Positions 1-12,500 of a stretch of 64,000 nucleotides of DNA are shown piece by piece. The notes beneath the pieces were generated by a model that was not told the DNA's origin, did no database searches, and saw nothing but the letters and a program-made list of their open reading frames with translations. Made by a program: the position numbers and the translations under genes. Origin of the DNA: Squalus acanthias (lineage: Eukaryota); the NCBI GenBank assembly GCA_030390025.1, contig CM059426.1:74152001-74216000 (forward strand), read 5' to 3'. Positions within the stretch are counted from its first letter, which is position 1. Each line of letters opens with the position of its first letter.

Positions 1-312
1 GTAATTAATTTTAAATATATAATTTTTTTTATTTGATGTGTAGATGTATTTTTGGGGGTATTCCCATTCATGCTTATGGGGTTTCCGTACATACAGAATC
101 CACATAAGCATGAATGGGATTCCCTTCTTGCATTCGTTGGGCCAGTTCACGTAATCCCAGGGGCGCTTGCAAACCGCGTGCACCCCTGGGATATGTGGGC
201 CTCTACCCGCGGGTACCCGGAGAGGCCCAGGACTGCGAGTCTCCGTACCTCCCGGACCACCAGGTACGCGGGCATTTCCCCGCGGGAAGCCTCCGACTGC
301 AAATTCAGGGCC
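1..312. mobile_element. End of a GC-rich MITE (PIF/Harbinger-like), inserted in a CR1
   Basis: Ends GCAAATTCAGGGCC|AGT; homologous in inverted orientation to 40987-41250; internal hairpin 63-118. Confidence 0.7.
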
Positions 313-1660
313 AGTATGATTTTCTAAGTGCACTGCTACCATGTCCCTAATAATAGATTCTAGCATTTGCCCTACTACTGATGTCAGGCTAACTGGTCTA
401 TAATTCCCTGTTTTCTCTCTCCCTCCTTTCTTGATTAGCTGGGTTATATTTGCTACCTTCTAATCTGCAGGGACAGTTCTAAAATCTAGGGAATTCTGGA
501 AGATCAAAACCATAGGGAATTCTGGAAGATCAAAACCAATGCATCCACTCTGTAGCCACCTCTTTCAAAACCCTAGGATGCAGCCATTAGGTCCAGGTGA
601 TTTGTTGGCTTTTAGTCCCATTAATTTCTCCAGTACTATTTCTTTACTAATACTAATTTCTTTAAGTTCTCATTCTCACTGAACCCTTGGTTCCCCACTA
701 TTTCCAGAATGTTTTTTGTATCTTCTTCTGTGAAGACAGATATAAAGTATTTGTTTAATGTCTCTGCCATTTCTTATTCCCCATTATAATTTCTCCTGTC
801 TCTGCCTGTAAGGGACCCATGTTTACTTTCACTAATCTCTTCCTTTTTACATACCTATAGATGCTTTTACAAACTGATTTTATGTCTCTTGCTAATTTAC
901 TCTCATTATATTTTCTCTCCATCAATTTCTTGGTCCTCCTTTGTTGAATTCTAAAATCCTCAGGCTTACTACTCTTTTTGGCCACATTAGAAGTCTCTTT
1001 CTTTAATCTCATACTACTTTTAGCTTCTTGTTAGCCAAGGTTGGACCATTTTTCCCATGGGGTTTTTATTCCTTAAGGGAATGTATATTCATTGTGAATT
1101 ACTAATTATTTCTTTAAATGTTTGCCATTGCTTATCTACCATCATATCTTTTAATCTAGTTTCCCAACCTATCTTAGCCAACTCGCCTCTCATACCTACG
1201 TAGTTTTCTTTGTTCAGAGTTAAGACCCTAGTTTCAGACTTAACTAAATCACACTCAAACTCAATAAAAAATATATGATCACTGCACCCCAGAGGCTCCT
1301 TTACTACAAGGTTGCTAATTAACCCTGTCTCATTGCACAATACTAGACCTAAAATAGCCTGTTTCCTAGTTGGTTCCTCAATATACTAATCTAGAAAACT
1401 ATCTTGAATGCATTCCATGAACTCGTCCTCTGCACTATTACTGCAAATTTGGTTTTCCCAGTTTATATGAAAAAATCAAGCCCCCCATGATTGCTGTATT
1501 ACCCTTGTTACTTGCACCACTAATTTCCTGATTTATACTTTGCCCGACACTACAACTACTGTTTGGGGGCCTATAAACTACTCCCACCAGTGTTTTCTGC
1601 CCCTTGCTGTTTCTTAGCTCCACCCAAAGTGATCCTACATCTTGTTTTTCCGAGCTAAGA
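313..1660 (-). mobile_element. CR1 LINE ORF2 fragment (APE endonuclease to start of RT), degenerate
   Basis: VGVVYRPPNS, LGCSDH and GNYRPVSLTSVVGQMLESII motifs in broken frames. Confidence 0.9.
487..538. repeat. 26-bp perfect tandem duplication within CR1
   Basis: tagggaattctggaagatcaaaacca x2. Confidence 0.9.
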
Positions 1661-2045
1661 GATGGGGGTGGAAGAGGCGCTCTGGGCGGGGGGGGGGGGG
1701 GGGGAGGAGGACCCTACCCAGCCATCAGCAGCGGGCCGCAGTATTTGTGTGGACCAAGGAGGAGCATTTCTGCTCCTGGCCCCACATAAATTGCCCCCAG
1801 AAATGTTTCCAGGCCATTTATGGAGCAGCTTCTACCAGCCCATTAAGGACCGCTGGTGAGGCCACTCACTGCCTGGTACAAATGGGCAGAGCTTGCGTGG
1901 TGCTCACTCCATTCATTTGTACTTGCAATTTGCAAATAGGGTCTTACAACTGGCGTAGGACCTCGAATTGCATATGTAAGCAGCCTCCCATCTGTTTCAG
2001 GCGAGAGTGCTGGGCACCTATTTACAGGCCTCCCTGAAAAATGTA
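1661..2045. mobile_element. GC-rich MITE fragment with poly-G
   Basis: Shares aggagc..tcctgctcct and gcatat motifs with 21230-21830, 58432-59036 and 60310-60839. Confidence 0.45.
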
Positions 2046-2616
2046 TCAGATAGACCCTGGGCACTCAAGGTGCAGCTGCTACTTTCCTTCCATTTTCAAT
2101 CGCCTCAAACAGTTGAAAGTCATGATCATTTCTTCTATTTACCCTTATAAAAAAGTTCCCCTTTAATTTAAACATTTTGGTTTTTTTGAACTTCTATTCA
2201 ATCAGGCCCTGTAGATAAGATTGTTGAATTATTGGTACTGAACAATTATTCCTACTTTACTTATAAAGCATTTCAAAGCACTAAGACTGTGTAGTGTGGG
2301 TAAATTATGGCATTTGGAGAGTTGTCATTAGATTGAACTGTTCCATTATGCAGCACCATACAGTACCACCAATTATATTAATTGTCTAGGATGTGCTGAG
2401 GCTGCCTGAAGCCAAAAAATCAAATAATGTTCATTTCAAATTTTTCTGCTTCTGGCAAGGACAAGTTGATAGTGCTTTTCATAATGTGACGCTTTCCCCA
2501 AACCTCATCCTAACATGGACAATCCTTTTATTTTTTGGCAATGTATCTTCTCTCCTCTTCTGATGGTGGTGACTCCTGCTGCAGTATGGTTCCAAAGATC
2601 CAGGAGTAGTGGGCAC

Positions 2617-2683
2617 CAATGTTCCCCTTAATTTTTTCTTTGGGTGTGCGGCCCGGGCTGCGCGGGACCTAGAGGGAATGTTG
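2617..2683. mobile_element. 67-bp hAT MITE
   Basis: TIRs CAATGTTCCC / GGGAATGTTG; perfect 8-bp TSD GTGGGCAC at 2609-2616 and 2684-2691. Confidence 0.85.
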
Positions 2684-2704
2684 GTGGGCACCCTTGAATA
2701 CCTT

Positions 2705-2985
2705 GTTCAAGTGGCAATTCATCCTGTGTGAGGCTACATAGTGAGTGCTGGCAGACTATTTAATCATGGGGAGAGCGAGATGGACAGGAGGTATAGCCTA
2801 ATATACCTGCACTTTTCAGCTAGGGTCACTGGTTAGCAATCACGGGGTGGGGGGGAAACCCTGGTTGATTTTCCATTTCATAGCCAACAGCTAACTGTAC
2901 AGGCTGAGATTATCTAACATAGCATAGACTAGGAATCAGATCTGTATGGCTTAGTTGCACACTGACTTCATCAACTGAGACAACA
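2705..2985 (-). mobile_element. Old tRNA-derived SINE copy (family also at 24745, 47530, 59990)
   Basis: Shared blocks ggcagactatttaa, cactggttagcaatca and agcatagactaggaatc with the other copies. Confidence 0.55.
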
Positions 2986-3013
2986 AGAGCCGACATGATT
3001 CACTTGACATTAT

Positions 3014-3259
3014 GGGATAAATTTTAATCAATATCACTGCCGGCACAGAGCTTTTTGTGACAGGAGTGAATATTGGGAATTCAGGGCAGAGGTCAGTGTG
3101 CCCAGGTACTCCATTTCCATGATCTTCTGTCCATTAAAATAGAGGGAAAATCATATGGGCTACCAATCGGGCACCCTGACCACTGTGCCCAAATTCCTGA
3201 TGTGTAATACCATCACGTGAAGCTTTGTGGCAGGAGCACTAACTCGTAAAATTTATCCC
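3014..3259. mobile_element. Palindromic MITE, PIF/Harbinger-like
   Basis: TIR GGGATAAATTTT / AAAATTTATCCC, 3-bp TAT direct repeat on both flanks, internal fold-back. Confidence 0.75.
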
Positions 3260-3396
3260 TATATTCACATCAAATTGATTCTGTTTCATGCAACAACAAA
3301 AAAACTTATACAATGCACAATGTATCATAGATATCCAGTCACAAAACTGAACAATTTGGGCCCATAGTAAAGCACAAGATTAGATATTACTTTTAC

Positions 3397-3594
3397 CTGC
3401 ACTTGCAGTAGATACATATCTTTGACCTTGTGGTTGAGATGAGATGATGATATGAGCAGACCTTGTGGATTTATCTGAAATTCGTTCTCTTCATTTCCAC
3501 TAGTGATTGTAAAAGTGAATGGAGGGCCATTGTGTGAGGAATCCTTGTCTATCACTTGGAGCTGTAGCACGCTGGATCCAACAGGCTTATTTTC
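3397..3594 (-). CDS. FAT1: FAT1 exon (~exon 18), 198 nt, [11 protein letters not shown]...LLQVQ
   Basis: ORF 3325..3570; ttgtag|GAA acceptor, CAG|gtaaaa donor. Confidence 0.94.
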
Positions 3595-6500
3595 CTACAA
3601 AATGGATATCATTTATACTCAAGGCGGCAGTGATTTCTCTATATCACACACATTTCTTAGTTACTTAGCTTGATTATTTTACATGACTCTAGGTCATCAC
3701 AAGTCTCCTCATAGAGCAGGTAAATTAATTCCAGGACTTACAATAACTTGCATTTCTACAGTGCTTTAACATAAAGACACATCCCAAGGTGCTTCACAAA
3801 TAGGATTAAGGAAAATGGAAAGAGAGGAAAGTAGACCTAAAACTTGGTCAAAGCAATGGTCTGGAGGAGATTTTTGAAGGTGGGGACAGAAGTAAGTAGT
3901 TAGAAAGGTTTAGGGAGAGATTTTAAGAAGGATCATGATATCTGATGGGTCTGCCACCAATGATGGGTTGAAAGGAGGAGGGATGCACAGAAGGTCAGGG
4001 TAATGCGGAGTTTGGGAGGGGCTGAAAGAGATTGCAGAGATAGAGTGCGGCGCCATATCAAGAGATTTATAGACAAGGACATGGATTCTGAAATAAATGC
4101 ATTGGGAAACAGAGCCAGTTTAGGTTAACAAGGATGAGGATAATGGGGAGCAGGTGTGGGACAGGATACGTGTGACTTAGTTTTGGACAAGGTAGAGTTA
4201 TTGAGGATGGGAGACCAACAAGGAGTATGTTGGAATAGTTGCATGTAAAGGTAGCAAAGCCACGTATAAAGGTTTCAGCATCTAAGGAGCTGTGGAAGGG
4301 CATTTGCAGGCATGCTTGTGGAGGTAGAAGTAAACAGTCTTGATAATAGAAAAGATAGGAGCTAAAGCTTGAGGTCGAATAGAACACCAAGATTATGAAA
4401 GGTCTGGTTTAGCGTGAGAGTGTGGCTGGGGAGAAGGATGGAATTATTGGCAAGGGAATGGAGCTTATTTCTATTTCCCTGCTCAAACTAGAATTCAACA
4501 TGTGTTCAAAAATAAAAGTACACAGGCTCAAGCTCATGCAGTTGAGAATTCAGTCCTCAGGTAGCAGATTATGACTTTGAATCGAGAGATTGATTGCTAC
4601 ACTGTTCCCTTCTGAATGTTATCAATTCTTAGTGGGGCTGTTAGATGGAGTACTATACATACACTCAATCTCCCAGCGAGACAGACTTGACATAATCCAT
4701 CTCAGTCCCCTTAAATTGAGCTTCCCCCTGTTGATTAGAGGAACAATTTTTGGAGGTTATGGAAAACTGGTCTGGTAGACCCCTACAGTGAACAACAGGA
4801 CTCACCCACCAATGCCAGATGTGCCAAGTCTAAGCTTTTTACAGAGTAGATAGTATATTACAATTCCATATCAGCAGGAATGGCAACACTAGTACTAACA
4901 ATTTAAGTCACAAGCAAATTAGAGGTTCTGATTAAGCCAGTCAATTAAAATTTAGACTGTACCCGGCTTTAGCCCTCTGCAACAATCCCTTCCTCCTGAC
5001 TAGGAGATAAAAATGTAGTCATAGCAGTCCTCAGGATATAAAAATATACTGACGGAGAAATTCCAGAAGTTACAATGAATTGATGACTCTTTTCCTGACT
5101 TGCTGCATGGGGTCCCAAATGTTATGTTTGTGTAGTTCTATGATTCAATGTCCTGCTGCCTGATATTGAACTGATCTCTCACTGTTTTCATCATGAAAAA
5201 AGTCAGCAAAAAAGCAGCAACTTTAAGTGGTAAATACAAAAGTCTGGGTTCCAAAATTCACTCACTCAAAAATCCAAAAAAAGTTTGATTTAGAATCCAA
5301 CAATTATTGCTCCAGTTTAGTAAATGTAGTTTACAAAAAAATTTCAGAACTAAAAAGTTATTAGGTGCTACTGAACATTTTGACCACTCTTACCTGGATG
5401 ATAACACTATAGTTTGCTTGTGAGAACATGGGAGGATTATCGTTAACATCAGCCACATCAATATTGACTGTAGTAGTATTGAACCGAGGTGGAACACCAT
5501 TGTCTAAAGCTTGCACCGTCAGGGTATAGCCAGAAATCTACGTAAGGAGAACAAAATGATCAAAAACAAGCTGCATCTATGTATAAGGGATATATCTTCA
5601 ACAGTAAGGATTTGGATTGCTTTTTCATATATAAATCCTGTAACTTAAAAAAAAAAGTCCACTCACAATCACATTCAAAACTCCGAGGTACTTTCGTTTC
5701 TAATAGAACCTGATCGTCTATTATCTTTTAAGAAAAATTATTAAGTAATGTTTACAACTTAATGACTTTGGACACAAACAAGAGTTTTTGGTTCTTTAAC
5801 AATTAAACAGCAACTAATCGCACAAAGGAATAATATTGATAAATGTAAGGTTTAACTATATAATAGGTGTACTTCCAATCTACTTACTTTTTCTCTGTCC
5901 AAATGTTGTGCCACTTTTATTTCCCCTTTGGTAATGTCAATGGTAAATGGACTTCCTTGATTGCCATTAATAATAGAGTAGTGGATCTGGTTGTTTGATG
6001 GGCCATCTGAATCATCAGCTATGACCTACAGAAAATGATAGGATCACATTATTCTAAAACTTTTAACATATCCTTAACATCTGGCAGTGCAGAGAGACTT
6101 AATACTAATATATTTTCACATAGATTCTCTTGGGAAATAACCTCCATTGCAAACATGATCAGTGTTCACATGTTAATGAAGTTCAGTTCCAGGCACATAT
6201 GCTACATCAGCAGAAGTAATAACAATGTTTCATTATAAATTAAACAGGGCCAGCACCTTAAGGCCCTCATTTGAAGGTTCCATTTTTTTACATAACACTG
6301 ACATTCTTTCTTACATTTTACCCAAATTCTGGCAAATACATCAGCTAAATCAGAAAATTATTTTACACCTTGGTTCAAATAAAAACTAAATTAATATCCA
6401 CACTATAAGGCTCACAGAACAGTGGGTGCAATGAAGGAATAAAGGGGTGAAATGGCTCTCAGCAGTGTTAGTAATAAACTCATTGGCATTTTAATATTGA

Positions 6501-9500
6501 ACTCTTGTGCAAAAATTTTTTTTAACACACTGGGGGTGAAAATGGGTTTGGGGCAATAACTTTTAAAAGTTTGGAAAATTAGCGCCAGGCGCTATGTTTT
6601 TCTAAATTTTAAAAACTTTGGTTTTCTCGCTCCAAGAGGGAGGTGGAGCGCTAAATCCAGTGCTCCACTTCCCTCTACGAGCGTGATTGGCAGCAGGCGG
6701 GGCAGTGAGTTCTGCAGCGGTGCACACTGGGCCGTGCAGCGCTGCTGCGTTGGAAGGCGCCTTCCCTCCCTTAAAGGGAAGGGCCCTCGCTGCAGGCTCT
6801 GCAAAAGGGCACCTACCAGGACCACCAAGGGAGCGACGAACCCATGATCGATTAGCCCGGCACTCAAGCAGAGTGCTGGGCTGATCGATTGCGGGCAGGA
6901 ACCCGCAAAAAAAGGATCAAAAAAAGTACTTTTTTTTTTAAAAACTTACCTCGGCCACCTCGCCTTTAAGCATCGCCCCTGAAGCTGCCGGTCACCTGAT
7001 GCACATCCCCTGAAGCTGGCGTTGTTTTCACCCAGCGATGCTTCAAGGGGCGGAAATGAATTTCGGGTCCGGGGTGATGCGCGGCCGGATGATGTCATGA
7101 TCAGATAGAGGTTATTGCCGCCGCAAACCGGCAGGTGAATTTCGCGGGCGGCGGTAACATCGCCGCGCCCGGGCGGTAATACCGTAGCGCCCTGTTATCG
7201 CCCCCCGGAGGCGATAACGGGAGGCGCCAAGGCACCAAATTTCTAGCCCATTTATTATTCCGCTTGGAATGCAATAAAATAGTGCACAGCGGAATTTCAT
7301 ACAAACATGCTAACACATTTGTTAAAAATACCCAAGAGCAATTTCACTCACACTGATCTGTAATAATGTGCAGTGTTCTCAAATCTTTTACATATTTAAA
7401 AACTAGCCTATCGCTCTTGCAAAATAAATAAAGTGAGTAGATCTCCTGCGTTGTAGCTCATGTGTAGCCTGGGACCTAGACCATGGTTTCTGGTAGATGG
7501 AAATTCAGATAATGCAAAATTTCTCCTACACTCTTGTTACTGACCTCCACAATAACAAACAATGACACCCTCCACAAACTAAAACTCATCCAAAAACTCA
7601 TGGCCCACCTTGTTACCAGCACTTAAGCACAAATCCCCATTACTTCTGTCCTTTCCAAGTTCCACTGGCACTCTGGGCCCAGAGAATTGAAAGATTCTCG
7701 TTGTCACCTTCCATTCTTACCACGTCACACTTTTTTGCCCCCCTCCTGCTCAGCATTCGCCTTCAGCTGAGCAGGAGGGGAGGAAAGGCATTCTTTTTGT
7801 TTTTATTATTCATTCACTGGATGTGGGCATCACTGGCAAGGCCAGCGTTTATTGCCCATCCCTAATTTCCCTTGAGAAGGTGATCAATGTTGAACCCCAG
7901 GATGTTGATGGTGGGGGATTCGACGATGGTGATGCCATTGAATGTCAAGGGGAGGAGGTTAGACTCTCTCTTGTTAAGAGATTGTCATTGCCTGGCACTT
8001 GTGTGGTGCAAATGTTGCTTGCCACTTATCATCCCAAGCCTGAATGCTGTCCAGGTCTTGTTGCATGTTTCATTATCTGAGAAGTTGCAAATGAAACTGA
8101 ATACTGCAATCATCTTTTGTCTTCTACTCAATCTATGAAAGTCAGGAATCCAGCAACAGCTGAAACACATTGGGAGGATATATTAGAAGGACCATCAAAT
8201 GAGACCATATGGGTTGAACTGAAGAACAAAAAAGGGGCAATCACACTGCTGGAAGTGTACTATAGACCATCAAATAGTCAGAGGGAGAATGAAGAGAAAA
8301 TATGTAGGCAAATTTCTGAGAAGTGCAAAAAAAAAGGGCAGTAATAATAGGGGATTTCAACTACTTTAATATTAACTGGGATAAAATCAGTGTAAAAGGT
8401 ATAGAGGGGCAGAATTCTTAAAATGCATTCAGGAGAACTTTTTTTAGCCAGTACGTAGTAAGCCCAACAGGAGAGGGGGTGGTTCTGGGCTTAGTTTTAG
8501 GGAATGAAGCTGGGCAGGTGGAAGGGGTATCAGTGGGAGAGCATATTGGTGGTAGTGATCATAATTCAGTTAGATTTAGCGTAGTTATGGAAAAGGACAA
8601 AGATAGACCAGGAGTAGAAGTTCTCAATTGGGGAAAGGCCAATTTTACTAAGCTGAGATGTGATTTAGCAAAAGTGGACTGGAGACAGCTACTTGAAGGT
8701 AAATCAGTGTCAGAGCAGTGGGAGGCATTCAAGGAGGAGATAGTGAGGGTTCAGAGCAAATATGTTCCCACAAAGAAAAAGGGTGGGACTCTCAAATCTA
8801 GAGCCCCCCCTGGATGTCAAGGGGCATACAAGGCAAAAAAAAAAGGACGCTTATGTCAGATACCGAGAACGAAACACTGCAGAAAGCCAGGAGGAGTATA
8901 AAAAGTGCAGGGGTGAAATTAAAAAGGATTAATCAAGGACAGTCAGCATGGATTTGTTAAGGGATGGTTGTGTCTGACTAACTTGATTTAATTTTTTGAG
9001 GAGGTAACAAGGAGGGTCGATGAGGGTAGCTTGTCTGTTGTAGTCTACATGGATTTTAGCAAGGCTTTTGACAAGGTCCCACATGGAAGACCTGTCAGAA
9101 AAGTAAAAGCCCATGGGATCTAAGGGAAAGTGTCAAGTTGAATCCAAAATTGACTCAGTGGCAGGAAGCAAAGGGTAATGGTCAACGGGTATTTTTGTAA
9201 CTGGAAGGCTGTTTCCAGTGGGGTTCCCCAGGGATCAGTACTAGGTCCCTTGCTTTTTGTGGTATATATTAATGATTTAGACTTCAATGTAAGGGGCATC
9301 ATTAAGAAATTTGCAGATGATACAAAAATTGGCCATGTGGTTTATGGTGAGGAAGAAAGCTGTAGACTGCAGGAAGATATCAATGGACTGGTCAGGTGGG
9401 CAGAAAAGTGGCAAATGGAATTCAATCTGGAGAAGTGTGAGGTAATGCATTTGGGGAGGGCTAACAAGGCAAGGGAATACACAATAAATGGTAGGATACT

Positions 9501-12500
9501 GAGAAGTGTAGAGGAACAGAGGGACCTCGGAGTGCATGTCCACAGATCCCTGAAGGTAGCAGGACAGACAGATAAGGTGGTTAAGAAGGCATACGGGATA
9601 CTTTCCTTTATTAGCTGAGGCACAGAATATAAGAGCAGCGAGGTTATGCTTGAATTGTATAAAACATTAGTAAGGTCACAGCTAAAGTACTGCGTGCAGT
9701 TCTGGTCACATTACAAGAAAGATGTGATTGCACTAGAGAGGGTACAGAGGAGATTTACGAGGATGTTGCCAGGACTGGAGAATTTTAGCTATGATGAAAG
9801 TTTGGATAGGCTGGGCTGTTTTCTTTGGAGCAGAGGAGGCTGAGGATAGACGTAAATAAGGTGTATAAAATTATGAGGGGTCCAGATAGAGTGGGATAGG
9901 AAGGACCTATTTCTCCTAGCAGAGAGGTCAATAACTAGGGGGCATAGATTTAAAGTTTTTGGTAGGAGGATTAGAGGGGAGTTGAGGATAACATTTTTCA
10001 CCCAGAGGGTGGTGGGGGTCTGGAACTCACTGCCTGAAAGGTTGGTAGAGGCAGAAACCCTCATCACATTTAAAAAGTACTCGGATATGTACTTGAAGTG
10101 CCGTAACCTACAAGACTATGGACCAAGAGCTAGAAAGTGGGATTAGGCTGGATAGCTCTTTTTCGGCCGGCACAGACATAATGGGCCGAATGGCCTCCTT
10201 CTGTGCCGTAAATTTCTATGATTCTGTGAAAAAAAGCTATCAGCCTCCTGGGACTGTATCAGGGGCAGAACAAAACATCCACTCACCCCATGGATGTGTC
10301 CTGACCCCGTCCAAAAATCATAGCATATTTTCGATGGATGCCTGCATTATTTTTCAACTGTGGCATTCACCTCAGTGGGGCAGGGATATCGCTATGGCAA
10401 CTTGCCACAGTGTAAGTGGAGACACCATGCTGGACAAAGGTTTTTTTTTTAAAATGGCAGTGCAATGTTTAAATTCCTTCCAAAGTGTGGACAGTTTTTG
10501 CACTTTCCTATTGCCCACATTTACTTGCCAATGGCAAAATGTCTATGCAAGAATGAAATACCTCATCAACTGCATTAACTTGTGCGCTTAGGCAGGAAAT
10601 GACTGCATCATTTAATTGAAGCTTGTGCTCATAAGAACATCAGAAAATTCTGAATGAGAAACGGTCATTCAGTCTATTAAGCCTGCTCCACCCAGAGTCC
10701 ATGATTGATTAATCTATGATGAATTACCCTCCTACACCACCTGTTAGTCTACTATTTTAGGCAACACTAATATCCTTCCTGATCATCTGTAAAAAAAAAT
10801 TAAGCAAGAATTGTTAGCTAGTTCACCAAGCCTCAATCCCACTTCTCAATCACTATCGACCCAACTCCTTTTTAAAGGTGCCAACTGACCCCAAATTAAC
10901 AACCTTTCCCGGAAGTTTGTTCCACAAAGCCACTATCACATTGCAGCAAAAAAGTTTTATTTTCTAATCTCGTCTTGCTCGATGCTTGTGCACTATTGTG
11001 TGTTGAATTCCATCTCATCCATAGACTCATCTTGCATCATGTCTCCCCACAGTTTTTCCCCAGCAGACATAAAATTATTCATTTGAGCCTCTCTTTATAA
11101 CCAAGGAGGAAAAATTGGGGTGTTAACTTCGCCGGGGCGAAAAATTAGCGCCCCCGCAGCCGAAATTCACCGGTAGCGCCCCAAGAGGGAAGCGGGGTGC
11201 TACCGGAAGCTACTGAATATTGCGGCGCGACCTGCCGCAGCGCCACGCCGGGTACTGCAGGCCTTCCTCCCCTTCTTAAAGGGGAGGGGCCTTGCGCAGC
11301 CTGGGCCACCAGGGATCGGAGTGCCGGGCTCACGGAGCGCAGCCGGCACTCCGCGGGAGGGGGGGGGGGGTGGGTGTGGCTGCAGAGGAGGCCGGGGATG
11401 GCAGATGGTGCAGGTGCTGGCAGGCGGTCAGCAACAAAAATGGCCGCCCGGCACCTTCCCTTTCATTCGCGCTGCCCTGGCCGCAGGTAGGCACCCGTGA
11501 CCCTGTCGGACATAGCGTCCGGCGGCAAGTCAGGGGGCGCTACCAAAGATCGCGGCCAGGGCGAGAGCGGGGCGCTGTGCATGGCAATGATGTCATCGCC
11601 AGTGGCGCAGCGCCGCGGGGCGCTAACCGTTACTGCCGCCGCTAACCTCCCGCTGAATTTTGCGGGAGGCGTTGGCGGTGCCACGTCCCAGGCGCTAGTT
11701 GCTTTGCGCCCCGTTAGCGCCCTAAGAGGCGTAAAGCAATCGAATTTTTAGGCCTAAGTGTCCTAGGGCTTGGGATCCTAGGGCTTGTCACTCTTTGTAC
11801 CCTTTCTAACGTATGTATTTTTTTTTGTTCTTCACAAAACATGATGATTACTTTAAAGCATGCTGAGGTGGCAGGACCAGAGAACATAAAAAAGGAACAG
11901 TGAAAAGTAAATTCAATAAAGATCTCAAGAAAATCCGGTTAATCAGAGTGATAAATATTTGGAATAGAGGCAAAAACATTGGGGTTATTCAAAATACAAT
12001 AGAGGCTATGCTGAGAGAATTTAAGTAGTAGAGGGTTGAGTTTAGCTGCGCCAAATAGCCTTTTTTTAAATCACTGACTTTTGAGTTCTGTCTTGTCAGC
12101 TCCTTCTTCTTTCTTTATGTTATTAAAGTATTAACTCTTAAATGAAGAAAAAAATGTGAAACGTGTTTGAACATACTGTAACAACCAGCTGTCCCAGAGG
12201 CGCATCTTCACTTATCACTGCCATGTATACATCGTGGCTAAATTTAGGAGTGTTGTCATTGATGTCTGTCACATTAATATTCACTGTTGCTACATCATTA
12301 AGTGAAGGTGTTCCACCATCCGTGACTTCCACTGTCAAATAATATTCATGAGATGTCTCAAAGTCCAGGCTTTCAAGCACAAAAATGGCACCTGATGAAA
12401 ACAAAATGGCAAATTAATAGAAAAGAGAAGAAAAAAATATACATCACACCAATGATCAGAAATTATGTAAAATTTCCTTCAGATTTTAACCTACTGAATT

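Noticed and set aside
10118-10591. 157-aa plus-strand ORF
   Set aside because: It spans a CR1 3' UTR and adjacent repeat-like DNA, with no recognisable domain.
11105-11754. CpG-island promoter or GC-rich ORFs (also 6532-7249, 58415-58897)
   Set aside because: These are dispersed MITE copies with terminal repeats; the ORFs are low-complexity and not conserved between copies.
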